Part shown: piece after piece, positions 53,201 to 59,979 of the stretch | Position numbering within the stretch: position 1 is the first letter of the stretch | Layout: each line of letters opens with the position of its first letter | Source of the DNA: a virus | Lineage: Duplodnaviria; Caudoviricetes | DNA length: 64,000 bases | Virus record (IMG/VR): IMGVR_UViG_3300005544_000001 | Location: 1-64,000 of that record | Strand: one strand, 5' to 3' | The notes under the pieces: model-generated | What the model saw: the letters and a program-made list of their open reading frames with translations, nothing else | Told to the model about the DNA's origin: nothing | Databases searched by the model: none | Made by a program: the position numbers and the translations under genes

Positions 53201-55244
53201 GGCGCTCAAGGACATCTACGGGGATTCCATCAAAAGCCTGAAGGTGGCGACTGCGAAGGCGCGCGCGGCGCTCGCCGGGCGGGTGGAGATCCGGAACGTG
53301 GATCGCCTCATGGGCAGCGTGTCGGCTCTGGACCGGCTGTGGCTGCGTGCGGACCGCGCGGCGGAGGACGGGCGCAACGCGGAGGCCTTTATGTGGCGCG
53401 CCGTGGCTGCCATCGGCTTTTCGTACAAGGTCGCCGGGGCGTTCGATTATCTGCACGGGACGCCGGCCGAGTGGAATGAGCGCAGGTTCCGTGTCATCGA
53501 AGCCCTTCGCGAGACCGGTGTCGACGCCGCAGCCGCCCGAGTGCAGGCCGATTGGGTGATGGACGGCGCCCTGGCTGAATATCCCGAGGCGGTTGCCATG
53601 ACGCGCTCGATGCTCGAAGCCCGGGGGATCCCGTTTACTGAACAGCAGTTGCGCGAGGACGCATGGAACATGGTCGAGCGCCGGCAATACCAGCGGATCG
53701 GCGATCTCGGGCTGCCCGTGGACGCCATCCGAGAACAGTCAGATCTCTACCGTAACACCTTGGGCTGGAACGAACGTGAAATGCGCGGGCCTGGCGGACT
53801 CGTCGGGACGCTCGTGCATGGCGTCGGCGCCATTGGGGAAGGAATCGGCATCCCTTTGGCCATGGGCCGGTTCGGCAACGCCATTGCGATCGGCATCAAC
53901 CGGCAGTTGCACAAGACGCCGCTGTACGCACTGGCCAACATCCGCCTGCCGTTCCTCCGCGGTGGTCAGGAGTCGTCGCCGTGGTCACGGACCATGACGG
54001 ACATCTACGAGCGACGCCTCGAGGCTGTGGCCGGCACGATGCTCGGCAGCACCATGCTGACATTGGCTGCGGCTGGACTGCTGAAGGTCTGGCTGAAACC
54101 ACCTCCCGATAAGGAGGAGCGCGAGCTGTGGGAGCGCGAAGGCCATAAGGCGGGCACGGTCGAGATCCCCATGGGCGACGGCAAGTATCAGGTCTGGAGC
54201 CTCACAGCGGGGCCGTTCGCGCTCGTGGCGCCCTATCTGGCGGCCGGTGGGGCAATCAACGACCTGACGGTCAAACGCGAGAAACAGCAGGCCAAGCTCA
54301 ATGCCGAGGCGGCGAAGAAGGGGCTGACACCGGCCCAACTGCCCCCGCCGGACATCTCGGACTGGTTTGGGGTGGCCGCCCAAGCTGCCCAAGCATCGGT
54401 CCTCGGCAATCGAACGGCCTCCGGCTGGTTCAACAGCATCACTGACTACGGCACGCCCAACGTGAAGAAGTTCGTGGCCAGCCAATTCACGCCCATGGTG
54501 CCCGGATTGCCGGCGCTGCAGGAGGTTTCCCGCATGGCCGGCGTCATAATCGACCCGAAAAAGGCCGATGTCATGGATTTCCTGGTGCCGCTGCCGACGT
54601 CCAAGGCGCGAAAATACAACATGCTCGGGGATCCCGTGGGTACCCAGGACGACCTGCAGCGCGTCGTCCAGACGCTCACGGGCGGCACGTACCCGTCGAT
54701 CTCGCCGGGCCAGGCGCACGAGGCGGACGCCTACAAGGCGCTCTTCGCCACCGGTTACAGGCCTCCGAGCATCGACCCGAACGCGGGCCATGCCATCGGC
54801 GGGGACTTCAGGCCGTTCACGGAGTCAGAACTCGAGCGCTACACCGCGGCGCGCAGCCGGAATCTGCGCGAGGAACTCGGCCGGCTGGGCCCCACGGCTG
54901 ACGCCAAGGACGCCCGGGAGGCTTACCAGCGCGCGAACGACGCAGCGCTGCGGGAGACTGGAGTCACGGTCGCCACCAGGACGACAACGCCCAGCGGCGC
55001 CACGGTCACGAGGGCAGCGTCGTCCCGTGGAGGCGTGGGAGTTCCGACCAGGACGACGGAAGCCCGAAGTGGGACCGGCGGCAGGGCAGCGCGCGGGTTG
55101 TCACGCGGGCTGCGTGGAGTGCGATTTGGACGGCGGGGACTGGCCAGAGCTTCGAGGATTCGGCTGCAACCGCGTCTTGGGCGTGGACGTGCCCGCGGGT
55201 TGCGCGGATTGTCGCGCGCGCGGGTCAGTTCTGCTCGGGTTTGA
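44277..55244 (+). CDS. Giant polyvalent internal virion protein (DarB-like): InPase-like domain, N6-adenine MTase, Strawberry-notch SF2 helicase, long helical C-terminus
   Basis: Start MPAVFVDEEP. YGDIVGTKGKDKDRIDIYVGP...FDEHKVMAGF; IAEPTAGNGML and VIANPPFG; DQTGVGKGRTVA, VLDEAHQA, SATFAKRPDN, GSGSTGLSAH, QMIGRVMRFGQ. Confidence 0.88.
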   Translation: MPAVFVDEEPQAHFVDDAGPAEGRAKFLEDLPAPTPPPIPVEQIRTILEPGVTEGKSAEQADIERANKIGAPQVELNKQSAPFNLREHLTLARERPSDKLQYWAQRIPWSPAGIIQPLEVKSAADRIQAGIGEPKDFEKLSDFIVSAERQQNAGVISKAVDIATALPAFAAEFSATGGAFTGTRAAAQRAGLAALEESAKAVAGKAARYVATKAAEAPAFIAGAAAQTLANPKLIAENFVQNELNRVKFKEGDQGQIETIIKDDDVGFAGNLRNSFLKAGFDIGTEYAGELLHPLKAAIAARWMNAVPGRTPGALQKALDASGWHGVLGEMFEERLNEFAAPLYGENYQPPSPQQLMAEALAFSVPGTAERLLSGRGPAIEKGKQNATTQRPEQPRTQRGETDAGIQPVGENRVNAPVEQPPRTPDSERNRVPPGEVAPQVETRPGAPVTTKAPLAVRILTARGVAPDVAEFVAARAGDKPANETAEDYRTRVNGLHDEFGFKVPTEVNPASSEASLRAAAAAEGFTEEQIQNTLAKAKAADTAVHAANTALIGRIQAARQPATVTPEPPKPQRVDVPGVGAVNIQYPAGSVRSGEDKAGDKWQVTMPAHYGDIVGTKGKDKDRIDIYVGPNAQAPGPVYVVNQYNPETGKFDEHKVMAGFPSLPDATAAYDAAFSDGSGPARRQSVQTFSPEQFQTWLKEGDHSKPAGGERIDLQPPPKLVTKPVAPATKPPVPETKAPIPATIPPVGATKPPVGETQAPKSVTGETQPISPPAAPPAGAPPVVDVTAKPSATRAPEAAAVTQAKLDDIRKRREAIQAKLRKKLGQTNISVDPEIATLVAELAVNYTEEGVVRFADFARRVKEELPDIWERLKHYLGGAWRTAGEQNMELDEVTREQGKAAIQALEAETPLPKEEGVKSPEVQPTKKEGEENTEVGIIQDAHRVAQNATDPLRAYRELVRLYSEQPRLGTRTVTSKTNQAYSTPPPLAYLAGRLADLRNGKVIAEPTAGNGMLLIETNPTARLLANELDADRADRLRKSFPRADISQMDASTEDFHNYLDGWSPDRVIANPPFGGVIEEGTSQTKRFPIINASTKKGETPSIDLAIALNSLDAMTQDGKAVIIIGSKTGSMAANFGSDAARAQAYRRPEMLEFFRRFNVKDWFTVSGDLYKKMGAGWPVDVIVIDGKTPTPLPSEGGLQRPWITPPPVFNSWHDLEGKLNDAQLQPTREPSPTPGGSSGAESAGAGQGGPAVRPGGTQSPRPPLGNEPTVPAPGRPQEPTRPGIPTGRPAVVPESRPELPTGGGGLGQASAEGSAEINPGMARLVEGKVVLNVPYRSVSKNADPKLVVPANIADSMQRAVRQLEIDVGKPVDEYLAEKMKWTREELFKRLSSAQIEAVALFVRNSENRGTGLINSDQTGVGKGRTVASVMDYAPKVGKIPIFITQGKHLYTDMAGRDLPSIGNKKFRPFITDSDYEYENGEGTSISDKPGAAAQREAMEEIARTGKLPPGVHGIFTTYYQLQADKPQGYSETPQARARRKRRLTARPDGPRLAMLRALAPNAIFVLDEAHQAAGIDSDVGLSLQSILPNAAGVYYSSATFAKRPDNLTLYAIGTALRLAGLSRTEMTELFKSGGVPMQQALTSMLAEEGEFVRREQDMSGVKFDFTPVSSSPEEEAQSADTYTSFLRDLHDIADQVNAAAAGFVDDVNQTRPDEAQVDLSGVNFGSRLFNLSNQYLFSLRSDATANEAIAALKRGQKPFVAVFNTMAGPIANLHEMGLPLDFGGLLRREMAKMLEVTIRDPLEDSGKRVVILKPEDLPDGGAKYRQIEEQIKATDFGSMPISPIDAIKKKIQQAGYSIGEITARDGELTEEGGVVKISKRDRSTRNRILHEYNNADVKGGKAVTGLDALIVNGSGSTGLSAHTDPKFRDQRQRYMIVAQAAPDINVFMQMIGRVMRFGQTSLPAYKVLMTNLAAEKRFMTMLRGKLTSLNANTSAETESGITQGGLADDVFNAIGDEVVGEVMLAHPDLAQLARIPLPNPMEADSFENFARYATGRFVLLPNDDAARLWRDISEIYDARIRALDEAGENPLKANVQDLRAKTTGIAEIVPGTGSTAFDGPVKLERIDIKPAKKPYTHEQAVAESEKNSDENEKAAEEWFAKQATAMRERIETMEKREAKQEQIDRTRQTLQAVYETVTAASRLLGQTVGVDPGGTGHPLFYAVPIALELKSRDQSDFSSNSKHTLKLATNTLRRTIHLPLSQLNSLKLVEESDPAEQFDNNSESTSTRYVATGNLLKGYAAAKGMSAHITKPAVTMYSTRRGALKTGVLLGAAFNPSTGVAGGRAAVNKPDDFATLMDRRTPMAAGPVEITGTIVTVPSGTSTRNIWGDRTFQNFFQQSPVERAGQFRGVMDRRMAFDFFRYLASKGLSIVEKQSEGTTRAIEFAEPPPETTASDVANKIADALGNLKSGQEPGQLHLFGVIPAVWDKAIEIAQGIIRAGGKVADAVAKAIEYIRANHKGDWDEAGARGALESASQGKPATEEGLTEPAEGEQPPVVDDHWVPTQVKGMTWYVRDRDKLSPESTARSIDAAEAAFTQAGLKSERRTMFDTGDSQTKSILFIPETENADEKGRKLAEVLEREIATQREAGKGADHVSTLINSVREGFDQPGSAFRQMSQQVRNRLFALAQEEASWRGRALRALANSKADIIRIARNVDVYLQRIYSTAFADKAPGAPAGASDIADDLRASLREVLTDEEIDRLPELIADPAQRERIKAALKKALEKVAPKGAKRFGRRNWRTIESLIQGGILDDTEWFKELARKRGWKVPTDAEIEQMRKLADEEQALRKPTDAELAKVGEDPKARERLLADIEAATRETRFKLQKRLAVMWSEMTKPVSLRDYWAQRQNNARFLNELMTANLLFRASFVSKQAIDVATQWFWRMPMRAVAQALTLRKNDLAAGKQVRFWDDAQAALKDIYGDSIKSLKVATAKARAALAGRVEIRNVDRLMGSVSALDRLWLRADRAAEDGRNAEAFMWRAVAAIGFSYKVAGAFDYLHGTPAEWNERRFRVIEALRETGVDAAAARVQADWVMDGALAEYPEAVAMTRSMLEARGIPFTEQQLREDAWNMVERRQYQRIGDLGLPVDAIREQSDLYRNTLGWNEREMRGPGGLVGTLVHGVGAIGEGIGIPLAMGRFGNAIAIGINRQLHKTPLYALANIRLPFLRGGQESSPWSRTMTDIYERRLEAVAGTMLGSTMLTLAAAGLLKVWLKPPPDKEERELWEREGHKAGTVEIPMGDGKYQVWSLTAGPFALVAPYLAAGGAINDLTVKREKQQAKLNAEAAKKGLTPAQLPPPDISDWFGVAAQAAQASVLGNRTASGWFNSITDYGTPNVKKFVASQFTPMVPGLPALQEVSRMAGVIIDPKKADVMDFLVPLPTSKARKYNMLGDPVGTQDDLQRVVQTLTGGTYPSISPGQAHEADAYKALFATGYRPPSIDPNAGHAIGGDFRPFTESELERYTAARSRNLREELGRLGPTADAKDAREAYQRANDAALRETGVTVATRTTTPSGATVTRAASSRGGVGVPTRTTEARSGTGGRAARGLSRGLRGVRFGRRGLARASRIRLQPRLGRGRARGLRGLSRARVSSARV
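45433..45624 (+). CDS. Candidate overprinted small basic protein inside the giant gene
   Basis: MPLRKGPNSHGHNVEKLMQEYNQSGKIGSTHPSSSHHALRIANAIAYRLEKSPRKSKLGRGRR. AAGGT lies 7 nt upstream of the ATG. Confidence 0.55.
   Translation: MPLRKGPNSHGHNVEKLMQEYNQSGKIGSTHPSSSHHALRIANAIAYRLEKSPRKSKLGRGRR
46458..46562 (+). repeat. Five imperfect 21-nt (7 aa) tandem repeats in a linker of the giant protein
   Basis: PATKPPV PETKAPI PATIPPV GATKPPV GETQAPK. Confidence 0.6.
47938..48273 (+). CDS. Candidate overprinted 111 aa protein inside the giant gene
   Basis: Amphipathic helical alternative frame lying over a P/G-rich linker. GGAAGGG lies 7 nt before the ATG. Confidence 0.45.
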   Translation: MMLNYNQQESLARRLAEAVVLKVLAQAREDPQSALGELKALVHHLETNPPFLRLDDLKSRHALESQLVGLPSFQRAVQNFQQEAVDWDKLPPKDPLKLTRAWRVWSRERLF

Positions 55245-55575
55245 TACCTCTGCGAAAGATCTTCGGCAGCCAGATGGTGTCCGGCGCCTTCTCCTCCACG
55301 GGCTTTCCTTCCTGCTTCGCCTGACGGGCAAGGAGTTCCTCGATCTTCAAATCGACCAGCGCCTCGGTGTTCTCGACCCAATCGAGGTGCTTGGCCGCCT
55401 TCAACTGCGCACGGAGCCTGGTCTTGAGCTTTCGCAGGGCGGCGATGATCTCGGGATAGGTCGCTGCGCGCAGGGCCTCGTCGTGGCGAAACAGAGTGTA
55501 TTCGCGCTCGATGATCTTGTTGACGGCCGCCTGCTCTACCTCTAATCGTCGCTCACGTTGCTGTTTAGGTGACAT
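55225..55575 (-). CDS. Hypothetical helical protein
   Basis: 116 aa, last gene of the leftward operon, converging on the giant gene. Confidence 0.65.
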   Translation of the reverse strand: MSPKQQRERRLEVEQAAVNKIIEREYTLFRHDEALRAATYPEIIAALRKLKTRLRAQLKAAKHLDWVENTEALVDLKIEELLARQAKQEGKPVEEKAPDTIWLPKIFRRGIKPEQN

Positions 55576-55727
55576 TTTCGGCTATGTTCAATCTCGCACT
55601 GGTTTCGTATCGCGGCGGCAATGCTCGGGTCAATGTTGAAGAGTTTCGGCGGAGGCACGGTTGCTATCTCGCCGCGCAGCCATTGCCAGACGGCGCGAGC
55701 ATATTCGGATTCAGGCGTGCTGCTCAT
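55542..55727 (-). CDS. Small hypothetical protein (MSSTPESEYARAVWQW...)
   Basis: ATGA-coupled to the Lar-like gene. Confidence 0.45.
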   Translation of the reverse strand: MSSTPESEYARAVWQWLRGEIATVPPPKLFNIDPSIAAAIRNQCEIEHSRKCHLNSNVSDD

Positions 55728-55948
55728 GGGTCGGCGCGCCGATTCCAGCACCGCTGAAGCTCTGCCATCATTTCCTCTTTCGTCATCGGCTTCACGTCTG
55801 AATCGCACAGCATCATTTCGGCATTGCATCCGCCGGAACAATAGATGGCAACGCCGCTTTCAATGTTTCCCCGTGCTAGTGAACGGAAAGCTCTATGATG
55901 ATCGGTCTCCGCCGGGCAGCCGCAAAATGGACAGGGTAAAAGATTCAT
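55724..55948 (-). CDS. Lar-family (restriction alleviation-like) Zn-binding protein
   Basis: MNLLPCPFCG...CSGGC...WNRR. Confidence 0.8.
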   Translation of the reverse strand: MNLLPCPFCGCPAETDHHRAFRSLARGNIESGVAIYCSGGCNAEMMLCDSDVKPMTKEEMMAELQRCWNRRADP

Positions 55949-56514
55949 AGCGCCAGTCGTTTCGCCCGCAGCTCGAGGATCTGCTCCTGCGTGTGGTTGC
56001 GGAACCATTCGCCGCGCAGTGCCTCGGGTCCAGAGTCGCAGGTGCGATCCTCGGTCGGCAAGGTCAATGGATAGTTCAGCACCAGCAGATCTAAATCGGT
56101 AAATCCTCGTCCATCAAACACGCTGAAATCCTGCCGAAGAAGTTCGCGCATCATGTTCGCGGGCGACTTGTAGGTGTAAATGACGCGCCCCTGGGTGTCG
56201 TAGCTGACGAACGCAGGCACCCACGGTTTTCGCCGCGGCATCTGTTCGGCCCGAATCGCCGGTAGGATTGTCGGCGTGACGAGAAGTATGTCCTCGTGGC
56301 CGCGGGGATAGTGCGCGTTCCATCGTGCCCAGATGTGCTCAGGCTGCCCGGAGGACTTCAGGACGTGCGTGAGATCGAGCAGTTCCCTGTCGCACGACTG
56401 GGGCGTTACGATGATCGGCTCGAAGCCTGCGTCCCTCCAACTGCGATTCCATTGGCAGAGCATCTGAGTGTGCGGGATGTCGGCGCCGGCGCGCGCCCAG
56501 CAAAACACTTTCAA
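55945..56514 (-). CDS. Hypothetical protein (probable TTG start at 56514)
   Basis: The frame is open to 56610, but the TTG at 56514 overlaps the upstream stop. Confidence 0.55.
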   Translation of the reverse strand: MKVFCWARAGADIPHTQMLCQWNRSWRDAGFEPIIVTPQSCDRELLDLTHVLKSSGQPEHIWARWNAHYPRGHEDILLVTPTILPAIRAEQMPRRKPWVPAFVSYDTQGRVIYTYKSPANMMRELLRQDFSVFDGRGFTDLDLLVLNYPLTLPTEDRTCDSGPEALRGEWFRNHTQEQILELRAKRLAL

Positions 56515-57182
56515 GATAGCCTCCTGAACGAAATCACGTACACGAAAGGATTCGCCGCCCACGAACAGCCCTTGCGGGGAAGATTGATCATGTTCCAGCC
56601 GGAAGCCCACAAAACTTTGTGGCTCTGGTAAACTTTCTGATCAAATGCCGACACTGGGTTGTTGCCAAATTTGTCGCTGTGCATCCGCAGGACCGCACCC
56701 TCGCGGTGAACGGCGTTCTTTGTGATGTCTTGAAGGCGCTCGACTTGAACGGCTTCGATTTGCAGTGTGATACGACAGGCTTCACGCGGCATGAATAAGG
56801 ACGGCTTCCATTTGCACTTCTCATCATCTGGGAGATTGAAGTTTGCTCGATAGAGGTAATGGTCGGGAATTCCAGTCGAAATCCCAGTAGCTTTTTCCCA
56901 CGCCCAAGCATCGAACCATGTTTCCCTCACCCAGATTGTTGCGCCGGGCTGATACTTTGTCGCAACTCGTATGGCCTTGAGCATTGACGCCTGATCGGTG
57001 TGGACGTATGGCGCTCCGTAGCCAAGACGTTGCAGAACCTTGCCGCCATGCCACTCCCATGAGTCGCCGCTTGCACCAGTAAATTGCGGCAGCGGCATGA
57101 CAACCCTACGGGTTTCCGTCTTTCGTCCTTCCAGAATCGCGTTCACCATCGGCGCGGAGAAAAGCATGGGGATCTCGTTCAT
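56511..57182 (-). CDS. ASCH/PUA-like phage protein
   Basis: MNEIPMLFSAPMVNAILEGRKTETRR...WKPSLFMPREACRITL...VERLQDIT...ANPFVYVISF. Confidence 0.85.
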   Translation of the reverse strand: MNEIPMLFSAPMVNAILEGRKTETRRVVMPLPQFTGASGDSWEWHGGKVLQRLGYGAPYVHTDQASMLKAIRVATKYQPGATIWVRETWFDAWAWEKATGISTGIPDHYLYRANFNLPDDEKCKWKPSLFMPREACRITLQIEAVQVERLQDITKNAVHREGAVLRMHSDKFGNNPVSAFDQKVYQSHKVLWASGWNMINLPRKGCSWAANPFVYVISFRRLS

Positions 57183-58012
57183 GCGATGGCCGCGCGTTTG
57201 TCTTCCAAACTGACATGGCTGTAGGACTGGAGCACTCGAAGAGATTGACCGGTGATCGAGCGCACGACGGAAATCGGAACACCTTTGTTGAGCAGGTTCG
57301 ACACCCGGCCGTGGCGAATGTGGTGGATGGACTTGTTCACCCCGGCTTTGCGCGAAAGCTTGATGAACTCAGCACTCAGAGTCTTGTGCTGATCATACGC
57401 GTGCTTCTGCGCCATGGTCGGGCACACGAACGATTGATCCCCCTCGACGCACGGTGGCGTGTCGCGCATCGCGTGGACCAGTTCGAGGCTGATCGGGATC
57501 TCGACGAGCTTGCCGAAGCGCTGCGTCTTGATCGGCACCCTTCGGATGACGCACTCGACGATGCTGACCTCGTGCCAGCGCAACGTGGCGACGTCGCCCA
57601 GGCGGAGCCCGGTCTCCCACGCACAAAGGATCGCGTAAACCCAATCGCGGCGCCCATCGGCCCGGGCTTGCGCCAGCAGCTTCGTGATCTCCTCCGCCGT
57701 GATAGGCTGCCGCTCGACGGTCGGGATCGCGAATCGTTTCAGCTTCGGGACCGGGTTCGCATCGACGACCCCGGCCTCGATGAGCCAGGCGAACAGCGCC
57801 TGAACGGTTGAATAATATGCGGCTGCCGTTCGTCTGCCGCGGCCGGTCTTGAGCAGGTGCCCGAGAAAGGATTTGCAGACCAGCGCGGTGATCGGTTTCT
57901 GGCCGGCGAACTTCGCGAACACCTCGAGGCGCTCACGGTAGGCGCGGATTGTGGAGTCAGACAAAAGCCCGGTCTGCGCCTCGAGGAAAGTTTGGATGCG
58001 CTCGCGAATCAT
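57179..58012 (-). CDS. Tyrosine recombinase / integrase-like (no arm-binding domain)
   Basis: SAM-like N-terminal domain, ETGLRLGDV, IKTQ, HHIRHG, and catalytic Tyr in QSYSH. Confidence 0.9.
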   Translation of the reverse strand: MIRERIQTFLEAQTGLLSDSTIRAYRERLEVFAKFAGQKPITALVCKSFLGHLLKTGRGRRTAAAYYSTVQALFAWLIEAGVVDANPVPKLKRFAIPTVERQPITAEEITKLLAQARADGRRDWVYAILCAWETGLRLGDVATLRWHEVSIVECVIRRVPIKTQRFGKLVEIPISLELVHAMRDTPPCVEGDQSFVCPTMAQKHAYDQHKTLSAEFIKLSRKAGVNKSIHHIRHGRVSNLLNKGVPISVVRSITGQSLRVLQSYSHVSLEDKRAAIA

Positions 58013-58209
58013 TTGTTGGTGATGGTGATTTCGATGCGCTCGCCATTCGTTGGCTTTCCGGAAATCTGGACAAAGGTATTTGTTCCCACGAGTACGATGT
58101 TCTTCGCCTTCTCCCTGTAATAATCAATTCGGTGCTTGATGTAGAAAACCTGGCTGACGATGACCAGAAGCAGGACGCAAAGTTTCAATGTCAGGAGTTT
58201 TTCTTTCAT
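58009..58209 (-). CDS. Small membrane protein
   Basis: One N-terminal transmembrane segment. ATGA coupling. Confidence 0.55.
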   Translation of the reverse strand: MKEKLLTLKLCVLLLVIVSQVFYIKHRIDYYREKAKNIVLVGTNTFVQISGKPTNGERIEITITNK

Positions 58210-58213
58210 GGAT

Positions 58214-58771
58214 TCACGCGGTTTCTAAAAATCCCTTTAACTTTTCAATCCTTTTCGGGTGGCGAAGCAGTGACAATCCTTTGTTAAAAATCTGCCTGGC
58301 CCGCGCTCCGGTTACTCCCAGCGTTTTCCCAGCAGACTCGACTGTTGCGCCGTTGGCAATTTCCCACAGTGCTTCCTTGTTCCGATCCGGTATGTCCGAC
58401 ATGGCGGCATCAAGGGCGTCCTTTTCCTCTAATAGCGTATCTGGTGCTTGAAGTAATAACGCCTCAGGACAATCCAGCAGATTTTCAAGCTGCACATCTG
58501 CGGTCTGCTCTCTTTTGAAGCCCGACCTCAGCCCGCGAAATGTTTCCGGCCATTGCTCCAGCACATCAAGGTATTCTCCTGCTTCACCGAAAGCGATCTG
58601 GATCGCGGTTGCTTGCTTTGGCGTTGGGCGCTGAACCAAGTTTACGATTTTACCGATTATATACGGAGTCACCTTTGAACGCCGCGCCAATTCCTTTTGG
58701 GACCAACCAAGTTTCTGCAACAACTGGTACAGAAGCCCGTGCTTGTATTTCGTTATCGCAGTGATTTGCAT
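58214..58771 (-). CDS. XRE-type HTH fused to a sigma70 region 4-like HTH
   Basis: LGWSQKELARRSKVTPYIIGKIVN; C-terminal ATVESAGKTLGVTGARARQIFNKGLSLLRHPKR. Confidence 0.75.
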   Translation of the reverse strand: MQITAITKYKHGLLYQLLQKLGWSQKELARRSKVTPYIIGKIVNLVQRPTPKQATAIQIAFGEAGEYLDVLEQWPETFRGLRSGFKREQTADVQLENLLDCPEALLLQAPDTLLEEKDALDAAMSDIPDRNKEALWEIANGATVESAGKTLGVTGARARQIFNKGLSLLRHPKRIEKLKGFLETA

Positions 58772-58777
58772 GACGCG

Positions 58778-58810
58778 AATCTGTGGATGTGCTGAACGAT
58801 TGTCAAGCGG
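58778..58810 (-). promoter_or_regulatory. Sigma70-like promoter
   Basis: CCGCTTGACA at 58810-58801, 17 nt spacer, CAGATT, then ATG 6 nt later. Confidence 0.65.
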
Positions 58811-58813
58811 AAT

Positions 58814-59707
58814 TCAGACTTCAGCCGCGCTCTTAACCTGATGGACGAGCCTCCTGCCATTGCGCAGCATCGCAAGCCGTTCCTCCTCGGTCGTGATTGA
58901 ATCCGAGTAACCGCTGAACACGCTGGGCAAGTTGGCGATCACGCTGTAGCTGTCGGCGCCGAACTTGTCCCAGATGCGGCAACCGATCTCGACGTCCCAT
59001 GCGCGGGACTCCTTCGCGACGCTCGTGACGTGGAACCCATCGCCATCTGGAAGCGCTGCCTGCGGTTGGCGCGATACGACGCCGAACGTGCCGAACTGAT
59101 GATCCTGCGGTCCCTTGGCCAGTGGCGCCCGCTCGCCTTCTGTGAACAGCTTGCGATACCATGCACAGTCGATGACGGTCCCGCTCCCGTAGCAGAACAC
59201 GCAGGAATCCTGTCGATCATTCGAGCCCTTGTTGCCGAACGCCAGGACAGGGACGTGCATGTGCGTCGCGACCGGGTAGTTCCTGCGCGAATTGTTCGCG
59301 ACGAGTTCCTCCCAGCGCAGTGCGGCCTCGCGACCGGCCGTGCAGGGGTTGTGGACTGCGACCGACCCGCCGATGATTGCCGGCATTGGCTGGCGGAAAT
59401 ACTCGTCGAAGATCGCGCCGTCCCAGTTGTCGCCCATGACGCGGGAATCAGCCTCGAGGTAGAGGACGTGCGAGTAACCGGCGCGCAACGCCATCTCCAT
59501 CCCCGTGAAAAAAATGAGGTTCGAGACGCTGAACGATTTATCGCCTTTCACGCTCTCTGGATTGCCGGGGATGCGTTTGACGTCCGGCCAGGCATGGTCG
59601 GAGAACAGGAGCAGCTCGTGCGTTGTCTTGAATTTGCGGATGTTCCGCAGAAAAGGCTCGGCGTATGGCAGGACTGGCGGCGGTACGTAGGCCAACACCG
59701 CCCTCAC
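58814..59707 (-). CDS. Hypothetical protein, possibly GT-A glycosyltransferase-like
   Basis: GTG at 59707 overlaps the upstream stop. HVLYLEADSRV resembles a DxD region. Confidence 0.55.
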   Translation of the reverse strand: MRAVLAYVPPPVLPYAEPFLRNIRKFKTTHELLLFSDHAWPDVKRIPGNPESVKGDKSFSVSNLIFFTGMEMALRAGYSHVLYLEADSRVMGDNWDGAIFDEYFRQPMPAIIGGSVAVHNPCTAGREAALRWEELVANNSRRNYPVATHMHVPVLAFGNKGSNDRQDSCVFCYGSGTVIDCAWYRKLFTEGERAPLAKGPQDHQFGTFGVVSRQPQAALPDGDGFHVTSVAKESRAWDVEIGCRIWDKFGADSYSVIANLPSVFSGYSDSITTEEERLAMLRNGRRLVHQVKSAAEV

Positions 59708-59973
59708 AGCTTGCCCTCCTGCTTCTCGATCTTCACCTTGACCATCCACGCGTGAAACTCGTTGGTGATTCCACCCTCAACCCAGCGGATGAGATAGCAG
59801 TCGTTCGTGTGCAGGACGGCATCAATGCAGTTGGTCATCTCCCAAGCGTTGGGGCCGTCGCCGACCGTGACGGTGTAGAAAACTGTCTTCGCTGGCCGAT
59901 GACGCAGAAGCGAAATGCCGGAGCACGCCGCAATAAACACGAGCGCAATGATGAGGATGTGGTTGCGATTCAT
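59704..59973 (-). CDS. Small exported or membrane-anchored protein
   Basis: MNRNHILIIALVFIAACSG... Confidence 0.6.
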   Translation of the reverse strand: MNRNHILIIALVFIAACSGISLLRHRPAKTVFYTVTVGDGPNAWEMTNCIDAVLHTNDCYLIRWVEGGITNEFHAWMVKVKIEKQEGKL

Positions 59974-59979
59974 TGGCGG

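Noticed and set aside
54568-55545. Extra ORFs at the 3' end of the giant gene (54568-55545 plus, 54923-55381 minus)
   Set aside because: Arg/Pro-rich low-complexity translations with no start context, unlike the two overprinted candidates reported.
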